64,000 bases of DNA from Camelus ferus. Taxonomy: Eukaryota. The notes under the pieces are model-generated. The model made no database searches and was not told the origin of the DNA. It saw only the letters and a list, made by a program, of their open reading frames with translations. The stretch spans positions 19,036,001-19,100,000 of the forward strand of contig NC_045696.1 of NCBI RefSeq assembly GCF_009834535.1, given 5' to 3'. Position 1 is the stretch's first letter. Each line of letters opens with the position of its first letter. Of the stretch, positions 38,601 to 51,958 are shown in pieces. Made by a program: the position numbers and the translations under genes.

Positions 38601-41600
38601 GAAAATTCCAAGTCTAGTTAGGGCACAGGTAAAAGTCCAGCTGAGACAACTGAGGAGCTGACAAGAAAGAGGCTCAGACATCCCACCCAGAATGAGGTGT
38701 ACGTGTTATACACAGTGAAGTACGACAGCAGTACTGAATAGGCCTCACTAACCTGACCACTGATTCTAGCATCATGACCTGGCTAGCTTTAGTCCCATCT
38801 GGGTGGACACATGGTTAATTTAGCCACAAAATATGTTTGGGGCTCATGGGAAAGTTCTTCCTCGATTAAGACCAACAGAGGTGCTGTCTAGTGTCGAACT
38901 TTATTCCTAAACTTTAATTCCACTCTGAAAGAGTTTCTGGTCACTGCTAAAGAGGAGTGTGGTTTATGGCTTTCATGTGCTATGTTGCTTCTGTGTGCTT
39001 AAAACCTGTTTTTGGACTCACAGATCTCCCAGAGCATTTTGTTATCACAATTTCCAGGAGGGCCCTGGAATGTGTCATTAGATGAGCAGTAAGATTTAAA
39101 GGGTTCTATTAGTGAAAAACATTAGTAATATTAAGTCTGCAAATGGGAAAGCTATGGGTATTATGACAACTCTTTCCTTATACAGGCAAAGTTACTAAAA
39201 AGGTGGCATCATCCTAGCCAGCTATTTTCCAGTTCCACTAGTGGGCTGAGATGTGGAAAGGCTATTAGAACAGAAAAATGGGTGAAAATTAACTATGGAA
39301 GAAAAGTACTGTAGCAGTAAGTGCCTTTTAAAATGTAATGAACTAAGACATTTTCCTTCCATAAGAAAGAGGCAGACATCACAGAAGTGGAAGAATCATT
39401 CTCTGAGTGTTTGATTAGATGATTATAGGAGAATCTTTAAAATTCCTTAAGAAGAACCCTCACCATTGTGAAAGGAATAACTAATGAACTGAATGCAAAG
39501 AGCAACACACAGTCTAATGCAACTGGAAAGGACTATTGCCAGTGCTACATAAGTCTTAAGGTCCTTTTATTTCCCAAATGAGTATATGTCCACCTGACAA
39601 AAAATATTTTGAATGTTATATCTGGATATTGAAAGACAGGCTTATTTTGTATTTATAGATAATTTAAATGTATAGCATACTCACAGAAGATTAAATATGA
39701 TGCGATATGTTCACAAATGTTATATTTTACCAATTTGAATATCTTAATTAATAATAGTAATGTTTATAAAAATAGTAAAATTGATATTTGACATTATCTC
39801 AGATCTTGCCAGTTCTATACAAATAGCATTTACTAGGAAACTGTAAAGATACATATTAGTTATTTCCTTCTAAAAACATGAAATTATTTATATGAAATAG
39901 AAATACTAACAAAAGTAAGGTTGTCTTTCAAAAGAGTAGAGAATACGAAAGAATCTAAATGGATATTTCTACAGAAAAGTAAAAGCTATAAAAGAAGATA
40001 AATAATGTATTAGACCAAATTAACTTAAGTTTTACTGTAGTTAGGGCAAATTGGAAAAGCTTACTCTTTTGAATGCTATTCTTTCTACTCCATAACAACT
40101 CAGGTTTATTGAAATAGGTTAGCAATGTTTTTCAGAATCAACATTGTTAATCACATGATGTGTAGACATTTATGTATGTATTGTTCTTCTATGGAGTAAA
40201 AGTTACATTCTAGTTACTATATTCCAAACTAATAAAAAAATATGCTTTGGTATGCAAATGAATGAGGACTTCACATTGCAATGAGAGATTAAGGGTTTTC
40301 TTATTTGTTGTAATAACATTTAGCTAGTGGAAATAAAAGCATTCTATATAAAGTTTAGATCAAGTCAATCGATTTACAAGTTCTTTTTATGGAGGTAGCA
40401 GGAAAAATAAAGAAGGGTGGTTTAGACCCCACAGAAGACCTTGATGCTTGGTTCTTGATCCAAAACTTACAAAATATGAGATTCAAAGCAGTGAATTTAA
40501 TTCACTGAATCTCAATTTGGGGTCATGAATAAGTAGGATAAAATATTTTCTAGTTACATCATAAGACTATTCGTAGAAATAAGTGAAACAATAGTGTGAA
40601 AGCTTTTAAAACCAGTAAATTCATTAATAACTACATAATGTTATTATTAAATGCCCATTCTACTGTATAATCCTCATTAATAACTCAATAAATATTAAAT
40701 CAAAGAAAGATTTTTAAAGTTAAGGTTAAAATATATTGTGAAAAACATACTATATGAAAGAGTAATAAATATAAGAGTAATTGAAAACAGCATGGAATAT
40801 CAGGTGGCCATTGGAGAAAAAATAGAAAAATATACATTTTGTACCACTCATTTAGAAATAAGCTTCATATAATGTGTAAGTACATTGAAAATCATATTAT
40901 AGACATATTCAGATCACTAGAAAATTATAAGTATATGTCAAGAATATGTCCATGCTCGTATCAAATTTGTAAGTTGGAAATAGAAATGATAGCATTCCAA
41001 ATTTTGATTTAATAAAATTAACCATAATGTGTTTAATAAAAAATGAAGAGACAAGGCAAAATATGACTGATAAAATAGGTTTGCTACAAATGTAAAAATA
41101 CTTAATCTCAACATTTCATTTGAAATTTCGTATAAGCTAATAAGAAAATAATTTAAATTCCAAATATAAACAGATAAGGAAAACAATCAATTTACATAAA
41201 GTGTTCTAAGTAATTAAAGTTAACAAGCAAAGATAGAGAAATAATAATACAATACAGGAAGAAGTATATAAGCAAATTAAAATAAGAGAGAGTAGGACAC
41301 ACTCAGGAAAATTCAACTAGTTTTGTGGACGCATGTAGACTTAAAGGGTATGCCATGATGAAAGTTAAATTTGCAACATGAGCAGCTGTATTTCCATGAA
41401 AGTGCTGGTGTGTTATGATATTCTTTCTGTGAAAAGAGTGGATTAATGTATCTGAAAAACTAGAAGGAGAATCATGTGTGCAATTTAAAAACTTCACCAA
41501 GGAAGTTTATACCAAGCAAAATCATAGGAAAATACAATAACCCAGGAAATTGACTAGCATTCAAAATCAATAGTTCCCTAAGGGTATTTCTAATGAGAAA

Positions 41601-41669
41601 AATAGTTGCAGAATAGCTTAAGCAGCTCAACTGCTTGAAAGGAACAGAAGTCAAAGCCCAAAAGAACTC

Positions 41670-42300
41670 CTAGGTAAAGACTCTGATAAGAGTGTCCATG
41701 CATTCATACATACAAAACATAAACCCATGACTCTGAAAGACTATATACTAAGGGTAAGACAATGAAAACGAAGTTAGTCTTCCCATGGGCTTGCAGGCTT
41801 AGTCCTCTGTGATCTAAGGAACCTAAATTCTTAAACTTGGCTTCAGATTATTCTGGTCTAGTAGGATACAAACTCCTAGTAGATGCTGGACCACTGACCA
41901 ACAGCAAATGTAAATTCTCATCAGTAGAGGAAACACTCATACCAGTCTTCAAATTATTTCTACAAATGATTCTTCAAATGTCTGGAATAAGAGCAAAGAG
42001 AACCAGGGACACAAGGGGAAATAAAATGAGGAAGAACCACAGAAACAGTCCCGCACTGGGTTCCGATTTAGGATTATTATACACAGACTAGGAGAGAACT
42101 ATGTTTATAATATATAAAGAAATATAAGTAAGATTAGAAATATCTTCAGGAAAGAAGATGCTATGAGAAAATTTACAGCAGATTTAAAATAAATATAACT
42201 ACTTGAAAGAAAAAACATAACTAAAATTAAAGAATTCAATACTGTAATCAGTGGCAGTTTAAACAGAAGAGGGACTTAATTAACTAAATATAATTAAAAA
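41670..42300 (+). mobile_element. Ancient HAL1/L1ME-like 5'/ORF1 fragment
   Basis: A-rich; 'cagcaaatgtaaattctc...cttcaaattatttctacaaat...aaaatgaggaagaaccacagaaacag' resembles HAL1. Confidence 0.45.
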
Positions 42301-43655
42301 ATAAAACACTGACAGCTCTGCTCTGATGACTTAGCCAGTGTTCTTGGAAAATAATAAGTCTCAGTTTGTATCTTATTATTAAAGTATTTATTTATATGTG
42401 AGTGTTATGTATCCTAAGTATGTAATTTCTACAGAAGAGTCAAACATCTGTCAAAGAGATTTTTTTCCCAAATACACAGTACACGTATAGAAAGTTAACA
42501 AAACTAAGACACAAAATGGACTACATTTGTTAAGATTTCATTTTTATTATTTCAAACAGATCTAAAGTGGAGATAACAGCTTATCCAGAAAGCAAGAAAA
42601 CCAAAAAAAGATATTGCATCAGATTCCACATTGCCTATTTTTCCTAGATATATAATAACAAGAATCAAAACACTAATATTTGTTTCCCTGGTCAAAATAC
42701 ACAGTTCTGACATGCTAGAAGTTATATAAACACAGGGATATCGAATTTAACAAATAGATAGAATTTTATGTCACCGATCAAACTTGCAAAGATGAATTTC
42801 GGCCCATGCTGTGTGTCTGGGGATTTTATGGAACTCCAGCGATGAACTATGTTTGTTGCTGATCACATCTGTCTCCCTCTTGCCATGGATAGGAAGTTTT
42901 ATGACTGTTAAACTCTTGGGTCATTAATGATAATTGTCAAGACTCTCAAAGGTGTCTTGTTGTTCTCATATTTGTGACTTGTTTTCTCATAGAAGAAGGG
43001 ATATTTTACAACAGATATCATGGCTATGTTTTCTTTTCTCATACCTTTCTTCCTTTAGCACAAGGGCTTCTGTAAAAGCAGGTTTTAAAAGTCAATGTTT
43101 TGGTGACTCTCCATATGTAAAATAAACTATTTCTTCCCATATGTATTTGTAATTCTAGAACGTAATTTGTTTTAGACATTATAGCTATCTTATAAGAATT
43201 TTTTATCTGAACATTTACTGATCATCCTTTTTTGTCAAAAGACAAAAAATAAACTATTGAACCCCCTGAACATAATGCATTATTAAATATTTTAAAAGTG
43301 GACTGCCTCCACTTCCTCTGTTCTGTGATATTACATGTTGGTGTACTGAGGACAAACCATCTCAGCACTTTTACAGAAGTATTATGCTTGAGTTTTCTGT
43401 GGATTCATTAAATAATATAAATTCAACCGTTTTTACATAATTTTGAGGGAACTGATTATTTTGTCTTGCTATCAACATCTAATTAATGAGAAGCACGGCT
43501 GATAAGCATTCTGATCCTTTCTCATCTGATTTCTAGAAAGAAAATCATGAAGAGAAAATAAAAAATTATTTCTTTTTTGCTTCAGCTTCTTCTTTACACA
43601 AGATTATCCCACCCAAGTAGAAACTGTTCAGTTCCTTATGGGATGGGGATGGGTT

Positions 43656-43678
43656 TGTGTGTGTGTGTGTGTGTGTGT
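43656..43678. repeat. (GT)n microsatellite
   Basis: Directly visible. Confidence 0.95.
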
Positions 43679-44599
43679 AAGCTAGTGGTTGAGGGTGAGC
43701 AGGAGGAAAACTGAATAAGAATAAGCTTTGATTAATATTCTAAGAGTTAGTATTCTCTATCTAACAATGAAAACTCATTCATATGTTCTTCAGTTAGGAA
43801 AAAAAAGTGACTTTTAATTTGAAAAGAACCAAGCATCATTGAGAAATGTAGCACAATTACTGCATTTGAACCTGACTGCTTTGTGACATCTGAGGCAGGG
43901 TTCCTATACCTTGGTCAGGAGGTCAATGAGTTATACTGAACAGACATAGTGCTCTAAAGACAATGATAAAGTATTTAACAGAAATTGTCCCAACTCTATA
44001 AAAAGGACGTTTGGATTCCAGCTCTGTCTCTAAGCGGGAAATATTCCTGCTTGGCCAAAGATATTTCAATTCTCTCTTTACACAGCTTCAAGATGAGGAA
44101 GACCTATTACACTAGCCCTAAAGAGTAATTACAGAAGCAGTAACTACACATCCCTCTTGAACGCTAGAAACAGTGGGTCTCGGATTTAATGAGCAAAGAC
44201 TGAGAACGCTTTATGACAGTTAAGAACAGACTGGATACCAAACCAAACCAGAACTACGATAAAGACACGTTAGTTAAAGAGTACAAAGCTGCTTATTTTA
44301 ACATTGCTAAAATGGTTTTAATATAGACGTGTAAACTGACATCATAACTTAATCTGTAGTTCTGTGTAGAAAGAATGCTGGGTGCACTGGCCGAAAGTCA
44401 GACACCTGTTTTGAAACTCTTATTTACCTAGTTGTCTGATCTTGCAAAAATTGCTTACCTCTATGTTCTTTTTAAAAGCCAGTACAAATGTAAAAATTAG
44501 ATACAAGTGCTTAAAACAACATTATAAATTTTGAATTCCTTTTATCCATATAGGTATAGCTAAATTGACTCGCTATTATGCTGATACTTTGGTACCAAA

Positions 44600-44770
44600 T
44601 AGTTTATAAAACCCTCTCCCAAACCACATGGGTTAAGCACTATTACAGCATCTACTGATGTTCTAGGAATACAAGGAACCTGGATCAGAGAGAGTTCCTG
44701 TGACTTGCTCAACTCACATAGTATGAAAGTGACAAAGCCAGGATTTGGACTCAGAGCTTGACTCTGCTTT
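44600..44770 (-). mobile_element. MIR SINE
   Basis: 'gtgacttgctcaactcacatag...agtgacaaagccaggatttggactcag'. Confidence 0.65.
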
Positions 44771-47550
44771 TTTTTTGTTTTGTTAATTTAGAAACTTCTC
44801 CATACTGTCTGTTATTTTGAGAGCTATAATGATCAGATGATACATAGATTGATAGGTAGGTAGATAGACAGATGTTTGATAGATTGATAGTTAGACAGAT
44901 AGTAATAGAACAGACAGACAAGGACAAGACCTGGTTAGCAAAACAAGGACAAATGAGGAAAGCAGAACAGAAGTCACTCTAGTACTGGTACTAGGAGTCT
45001 ATCTAGACTCCTCTCATAGATTTTAAGACACTATATAAAAAGAATATATTTTCACATTGCTAAAAAGATAATATTTTCACCATTGCTAAAAATTATGGAG
45101 TGTTCCTTGTAGCCCTAACTAATAATTTTATTGCCTTCCCTTTTTCAATCATAGTGTGACTTTTTTGGGTTATTTGGCAAAAAGTAACTGGAGGTACACT
45201 GATATCACCATTAAATTGCTTGTCACAGTGGCTGTAGATTAATACAAATGTCTCTCCCCCAAGGGCACGCTTCTGAAAACCCGACACAAGAATTAAAAGC
45301 CAGGAATTCTGTATGGTCTGTAGAAGAAAATATGAAAGATGATTGTATCAACACCCTTGACAGTAATATTGACACTAATATTGGCACTGACATTTCAGTT
45401 CAGATAGGAATTTTACCCTATAAGGATTCGGAAATGATTGGTAAAGAGAATTGAAGATTTTGTTCCAACTGATTATATTGAGATCTTAATGTATCAATTG
45501 GCATAAATAAGATTCAAATATTTCATTTATATTTTTATGTATTTTCCCCCTATTGAATACACTCATGGGATGTGAGAGGAGCTTTGCAAGAATAAATGAT
45601 AAAAATGATCAAACTAGTACTTAATTACCATCAAATGATAATGAATAAATGAATGGATGAACGAACAAAAGATCTAGTGATGATGCAGTCATATAACCTA
45701 ATCCGAATTTCCTCTCTTGAAATTTGTTATTGTTATCCTAAAATCTTGAAAACCTTTACATCATATAAAACTCATGTTTAAGATCCTTATATGAATATGG
45801 TGGGGACAATTTCAAAATTAACTTAGCCATGACCCAGTTGTTGTTGTTACTTATTTGTTTTGTTATGAGTTTTATTGCTTTTTTTTTTTTTAGGACAGCC
45901 CAGGTTTATAACAGTTGGGGTGGAACACTAATAAAAAGCATTACTATTTCTAATAATCTAATCAATAATGGAAACACTTCCATTTACACAAGTGTGGCTA
46001 TGTGGACAATAAATTACCTGGTCACTCTATTCTTTTATCTAGCTAGCTAGCTAGCTCGCTAGCAATTTACCTCTCTGTTAATTATCTGTCTGTCTATCTT
46101 TTCATCTGTTATCTCTTCAGCTCTCTATTACGTGTCTATCCATTTATCTACCAATCATATAGTGAACTGTTTTATACATTGCTTGTAGAAACAGATTGGC
46201 AATGACTTTTAAAATAGAAAAATCACATACTGCCTATCTCAATACTATTTTAAGCATATATCTAAAAGGAATTTGTTCCCAAGTTTAAAAGGAAACATAC
46301 AAGAATGTTCAAGGGAGTAAATTTTAGAATAGGTGAAACCTGAAAACAACTCAGTTACTCATAAATAGAACAGTGAATATTTAAACCATGGTATAGTCTT
46401 GCCATGTTATATAATAGTTAAGATGAATAAATTCTGTCAAAATAATCTTTTAGAATTTCACCATAGTCTGTATGATTATTGTTTAGAAAGTAGAAATAAT
46501 TTAAATGAGAAAAGTAGCCTTTATAATTATATATATATATATTTGGATACTATAAGTTTTATTTTTTAAAAGCACCTAAGATAATTATTAGTATTAGCTT
46601 TCAGATAATGATCCTGTCAAAGTTGGGGTGGTGTAAGGAAACAGGAAATAGAAAAAAAATATATTCTTTCACCCCAATGTCTCAGCTCTTGTGTGTGTGG
46701 GAGGTGGTTTTATAAGTCTTTATTACATCTTTAAAATAGTCAAACATAAAGCAGATTATGCATAGACTTATGATGAGAGTGATTTGACTCAAGAATTATG
46801 ATAAATTCTTTTCTATGGAAAAGGATACCCCCAACACACACATATATACAGACCACAGACACACATACACATATATACCTAATGCCAGTTAATACTAACA
46901 ACACATTAAAAGCAAATGGAAACCAGTTACACTAAGTGCGAATTATAATGAGAAATGTTGGTATGATCAAGCATAAAACATTTAAAGGTTGACAAGCAAA
47001 TTATCTTCCTGAGTTGCGAAATATTTCTAAGTCATGTCTTACATTGAAGTTATAAAAATGAAAACATTTGAGTTCAGTTTTAGAAGTAAATAAATATTCA
47101 AAGGGTTTGCTTACTTCTCTAGTATAAGTGTAATGTTCCACTTTACAACAAGCTGTTGGTCAGAGTCACAGTGATAAAATGGGTGAGTTAGCCACTAGTG
47201 TATTTAATTGGTCTCTTTTCATATAAACTATTTCTATTCTTTTTAAAAATATGTGTTGGATTTGACCAATGCACTTTCACTTTCAAAGCATTTGAAAGTA
47301 TGTATCCTTCTCAATCAGTACTCTCTCATGGGAGAAACTAGGTTGCATGGCCTTTCTTAAATATGCAATATACAACCGGCTTCAAAAAGACGTTTCTCCT
47401 TTATCGTTTAGAGCACAACAAAATGTAGAAACATTTATGTAGGATACTATGTCCTTTAATTAACGGAAGTAGTTATAAACTATCACCTATCAGACACATG
47501 AATGAGAAGATAACTAATTCAAATAGGTATCTAGGATTCAGGCTATTTTT

Positions 47551-47598
47551 TTTAACATTTTTTTATTGATTTATAATCATTTTACAATGTTGTGTCAA
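47551..47598 (-). mobile_element. Extremely truncated young L1 3' end (48 bp) with perfect 16-bp TSD
   Basis: TSD gattcaggctattttt at 47535-47550 and 47599-47614. Insert rc reads 'ttgacacaacattgtaaaatgattataaatcaataaaaaaatgttaaa', homologous to the L1 end at 51905-51945. Confidence 0.92.
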
Positions 47599-47764
47599 GA
47601 TTCAGGCTATTTTTAATTGAACCTTACATTATTTATATTTACCCAATGCTGACATAGATATTAGTTATTTAATGAAAAATTAAAATATGTAACCTGATTT
47701 ATTTTTATGTGGTAACCAGAAAAACAATCAAACAAAATATGTCTTGTATGAATTGACTTTTTTC

Positions 47765-47968
47765 ATTTTTTTCCTTTTTAATTGTGGTAAAATTTACAAA
47801 CTTAACTATGTTAAATGTACAGTTCAATGGCATTAAGTGCATTCATATTGTTGGGTAACCATCACCACCATCCATCTCCAGAACTATTTTCATTTTTCAA
47901 AACTGAAACTCACATCTATTAATAAATAACTCTCCATTACCCCCACCCCCAGCACCTGACAACCACCC
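47765..47968 (-). mobile_element. L1MB-type 3' end
   Basis: 'tttttaattgtggtaaaat...tgtacagttcaatggcattaagtgcattcatattgttg...catccatctccagaact'. Confidence 0.85.
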
Positions 47969-48013
47969 TTCCCAGTCTTCCATAGTGGTTTGCCCACAAC
48001 TAATTTCATAGCA

Positions 48014-48185
48014 TCTATCTATCTTTCTATCTCTGTCTATCTATCTATCTATCCATCCATCCATCCATCATTATATCTCCTCCTGTCTATCTTTCTTTCT
48101 ATCTAGCTGTCTGTCTGTCTGTCTGTCTGTCTGCCTGTCTATCTATCTATCTATTTACCTGTCTATCATTTACCTACCTATCTGT
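48014..48185. repeat. Compound (TCTA)/(TCCA)/(TCTG)n tetranucleotide repeat
   Basis: Directly visible. Confidence 0.9.
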
Positions 48186-48197
48186 TTATTTACTTTT

Positions 48198-48360
48198 GTT
48201 TAAGGGACAAGCATTTATTTCTCACAGCTCTGGAGGATGGGAAGTCCAAGATCAAGGCACTCGTAGATCAGGTGTCTGGTAAAGACACTCTTCTGGTTTG
48301 CAGGTGGCGGCCTTCTCCTTATGTCCTCTTATAATGGAGGACAGATTGAGAGAGAGAGAG
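48198..48360 (-). mobile_element. MLT1A-like MaLR LTR fragment
   Basis: 'catttatttctcacagctctggaggatgggaagtccaagatcaaggcac...ggtgtctggt'. Confidence 0.8.
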
Positions 48361-49415
48361 AAACATTGTATTCTTTTTCACCCCTCAACTTTATTGACAA
48401 TTATATATATTTATATATTTAAGGAATACAATTTGATGACCCGATTGTCTGGAATTCAAATAGAAACACAATTATTTTCGTTTAATCATGTTGCTATATT
48501 CTCTTGCCAAATAACTTAGTATCTACTTTAAAGTCATTGCTATAATGAGAAACTTTTACAAAATTTGTTTCAGAAACATTAAAATATATTATTTAAAATG
48601 CATTTCACACAAATTTCTTCAAAGTAAACAAATCTACAAATATAGAATACTAAAATGTGTATAAATGTTTCAATATTTTTTCAAATTGAATAATAGTTTA
48701 GTAACAAGTAGTTAAGTATTTTGTGTTAGAAAATAGTATTTTAAATAAAGGAATAACAGTTTAATCATTTCCTCTGATGCTAATTTGAACCTAATTTTTT
48801 TTCTCTCTCTGTTAACATTTAAAACAATTTGATGGGAGAATATAGGGGGTGTTTGATGGCAGAGGTTACAAATAAATTAATGAAAGAGTACAAATCAGAC
48901 ATTTTGAAAAATATCTATACCTGTGAACATTTTTACCTCTGTTTTAGAGTTGAAATCATAAATGTCCATTTATTTCTAAGGTTTTCATTCTGTGACACCT
49001 CACAAACTTCAAGCTTCACCTAGCCACATATCTGTGAACCGATATTTAATCTGGGTGTAGGATTCTACAGCCAACTGTGAGATATACAAGACTCAGTTTT
49101 CTTATTTTCCATTTTAAATTATTTTGTTGATTCTTAGATTAGTCTTCAGGAAAGAGTGAAATTGAGTCTACGTGAGAATGCATCTGGTAATAAAAATAAC
49201 AGCAAGGCAAGAGGTAAAAATACCGCTGTGAATATCCTGCCTTGTCTCTGTTTTAAAAAGCAAACATTTTATATTTTGAAAGAACCTCAGTGATCAGGAG
49301 CTCTGATAGTCTCTTGAGGCACCAGGATATTTCAAATGCATCCAAATTGACATCAGTGTCCTCTCAGTGGAACCTCTCCTCTGTTTATCATTTGGATCAT
49401 CTTTGCACCAACATT

Positions 49416-49560
49416 CTTTGTTTGTTTGTGTGTTTTTTTTTGGGGGGGAGGAAATTAGGTTGGTTTATTTGTTTGTTTACTTAATGGAGGTACTGGGGAT
49501 TGAACCCAGGACCTCATGCATGCCAGACGTTCAGTCTTCCACAGAGCTATACCCTCCCCC
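49416..49560 (-). mobile_element. tRNA-derived SINE (Vic-1-like) with 12-bp TSD
   Basis: Minus strand reads gggggagggtatagctctgtgg (A box)...ggttcaatccc (B box)...A-rich tail. TSD tgcaccaacatt at 49404-49415 and 49561-49572. Confidence 0.92.
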
Positions 49561-50884
49561 TGCACCAACATTTGTATAGACAACAGTCCTTATAGTTGTT
49601 TAATGACCCACATTTTGGTGCCAAATGTCAGATATTTGCTACCAGCTCGTAATAGAGTTGATATAGTAACTACATGCAAATTCCTTATATCCTCATTTTA
49701 TGCTTTCAAAATAAACTTAACAACCTCTTAAGTGATAAAAATAAGGATTTCTTACTCTATTGCTTCTTGCAGAATTTTCCTAAGAACACTGTCTCTACCA
49801 TAAATTCCAGCTTTAATTAGGAGGCCATCAGTCTCTTTTATGTGTTTTGATAGATTTATGGCTCCCACTGTGGAAGTGAACCAAACCATGCAAAGCAAAT
49901 CTTCCTCGCAGAAATTGGTACAGGACAAATGAAAGACACCTAAGTAATAGAGATTCCCTATGTTCTTCATCAAATGTGTGGGGAAGTGTTTAATCAAAGA
50001 AAAGCACCACACAATATTAAAGAGGAGTATTCTTTTATACATCAATTAATGCCTCAAAATTCCTCCATTATAGATGTACATAGAGTAGGTAGGGCAATTC
50101 AGTCTTGGCACTTACCCTTTAGTTAATTAATTTTCTCTGCATATTTTTGAGCATTTCCAGTTTTTTCAACTTTTATAAAATAAGTTTTCATAATAGCCTA
50201 GCAGAATGGCACAGTTTCTTGGCATTGCATATTTATAAATCATGTTAAATCATTCATAAACATTCATTTCTCTTCCCTTACATAATCCCTTAACTATCCC
50301 TTAAACGGGCAATGAAGTGTGAAAAATAGACACTCCCTTGAAAATATTTTATGACATTTAAATACTTGAGGGGAGAGACAAACTGGAAATAATACTGGAG
50401 AGAAGATGCATAAGTCTGATGCAAAGTGTAGCTTTAGAAATTTTCTCTCCTTAAATACTTTGTTCTTTTTGGCATCTTCTCCATATTTGACCTTGTCTTC
50501 CCAAAATCCTATATGAAAGTTACATGATATTTCTTCTTTATGCTCATAAATATTGAGGTCACTGCATAAGATCAGTTTATATCTTTCTCATTCCACTTAA
50601 TTCTGCATATTCCCCACCATAGTTCTTTAATTAAAATCCCTATTACTGACTCTTACTTGAAACAAAGTTAATGTTGTTGCCAAAGTAATATTCTTCAGTT
50701 CCATAAACAGATAAATATTTAATTTATTTTTTTATCAATCTTTACATCCTAAAGTTACCACTCAACTGACTACTCTTTAGAAAATAGTTGTGTCTAATTT
50801 AGAAATGTAGGTAATTGGGATAGCATGGTCTGTACTATTTCGTGTGTGGCTCTTCTTGCTCAACTTCATTTGTATGAGTTTTAT

Positions 50885-50886
<2 letters not shown>

Positions 50887-50936
<50 letters not shown>
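50887..50936. repeat. (TG)25 microsatellite
   Basis: Perfect run; source of the CVCV/THTH ORFs. Confidence 0.97.
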
Positions 50937-50938
<2 letters not shown>

Positions 50939-51706
50939 CATGTCTGTGTATTTTTGTTTCCATGTAGCAATATGTTTCTCTCGCTTATTGGCATATGGTA
51001 TCAGATGGAAAAGCATTTTTGGCAATAATTATTTATTTTTATTTATTTGTATTAATTATGAGCAATCAATCAATCAATCAATCAAGTTGCCAGGTTTATT
51101 TTGCTTTATTTTTTTCCTAAATTTTGTTTTAAGAATTCCAAATTTACAGAAAAGTTGCAAGAATATTGGCCACATTTTTCTGCTTTCTCCCACTCTTTCA
51201 TATATACGTCTGTTTTGTTTTATTTTGCTGAACCAGTTAAGTATATATTGTGGACACCATTCCATTTTAACCTAAAGATCTTAACCTGTTTCTCCTAAAA
51301 GGGGAAATAAAGTCTCCTACATAATTATAATAACATTCTCACACACAAAGTGTTAAAGATATTACAGAACTCTTAAATAATATAATCTCCATATCCAAAT
51401 TTCTCCTATTATTCCGTAGTGTTAATTTCCTTTATAGATTTCTTGTTGCTGTCATTGTTGTTTTATTCTCTGTTCTCTAATTTTATTTTTGGAGATGTGG
51501 GATATCATTTAGTATAGGACCTTGCAATTAAATGCCAGAATTACTCAGTTCCCTGTAATCTGCAATGCTGCCTCTGACTTCTTTTACCATTCACCTTTTG
51601 CAGGGTGTGCCCCACACATTTGAGGACAATAAAATAAAACAAAGCAAAAAGGAAAAAGAGAGTGTCTGTTGAAAGCCAAGTCATTTTGTTTAAGAGAGAG
51701 TTCCCA

Positions 51707-51958
51707 ATTTATCCCTTCCCACTAAATTGGGAGTTCAAGATTTGCAGATACTAACTAATATATATATAATAGACAGGCACGTTCATACCGTATAGCACAA
51801 GGAATCATCGTCAATATCTTGTAGTAACTTATGGTGAAAAAGCATATGAAAACGAATATATATCTGTTCCTATATGACTGAAGCATTGTGCTGTACACCA
51901 GAAATTGACACAACACTGTACACTGATTATACTGCAATAAAAATATATTAAAAAGATT
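51707..51958 (+). mobile_element. Young L1 3' end with short 5' inversion
   Basis: 'taaattgggagttcaagatttgcagatactaacta...gaagcattgtgctgtacaccagaaattgacacaaca...caataaaaa'. TSD agagagagttccca (51693-51706) and agaaagagtcccca (51959-51972), 12/14. Confidence 0.9.

Noticed and set aside
40478..40513. Hairpin cagtgaatt-t-aattcactg with outer gagattc/gaatctc arms
   Set aside because: Short, lies in a probable decayed MIR, and is plausibly chance; too short for a pre-miRNA.
49480..49560. tRNA-like A/B boxes here and at 62030-62100
   Set aside because: A-rich tails and TSDs identify them as SINEs, not tRNA genes.
50777..51298. Longest ORF (143 aa) and its neighbours
   Set aside because: Artefacts of the (TG)25 repeat and T-rich old L1 sequence.
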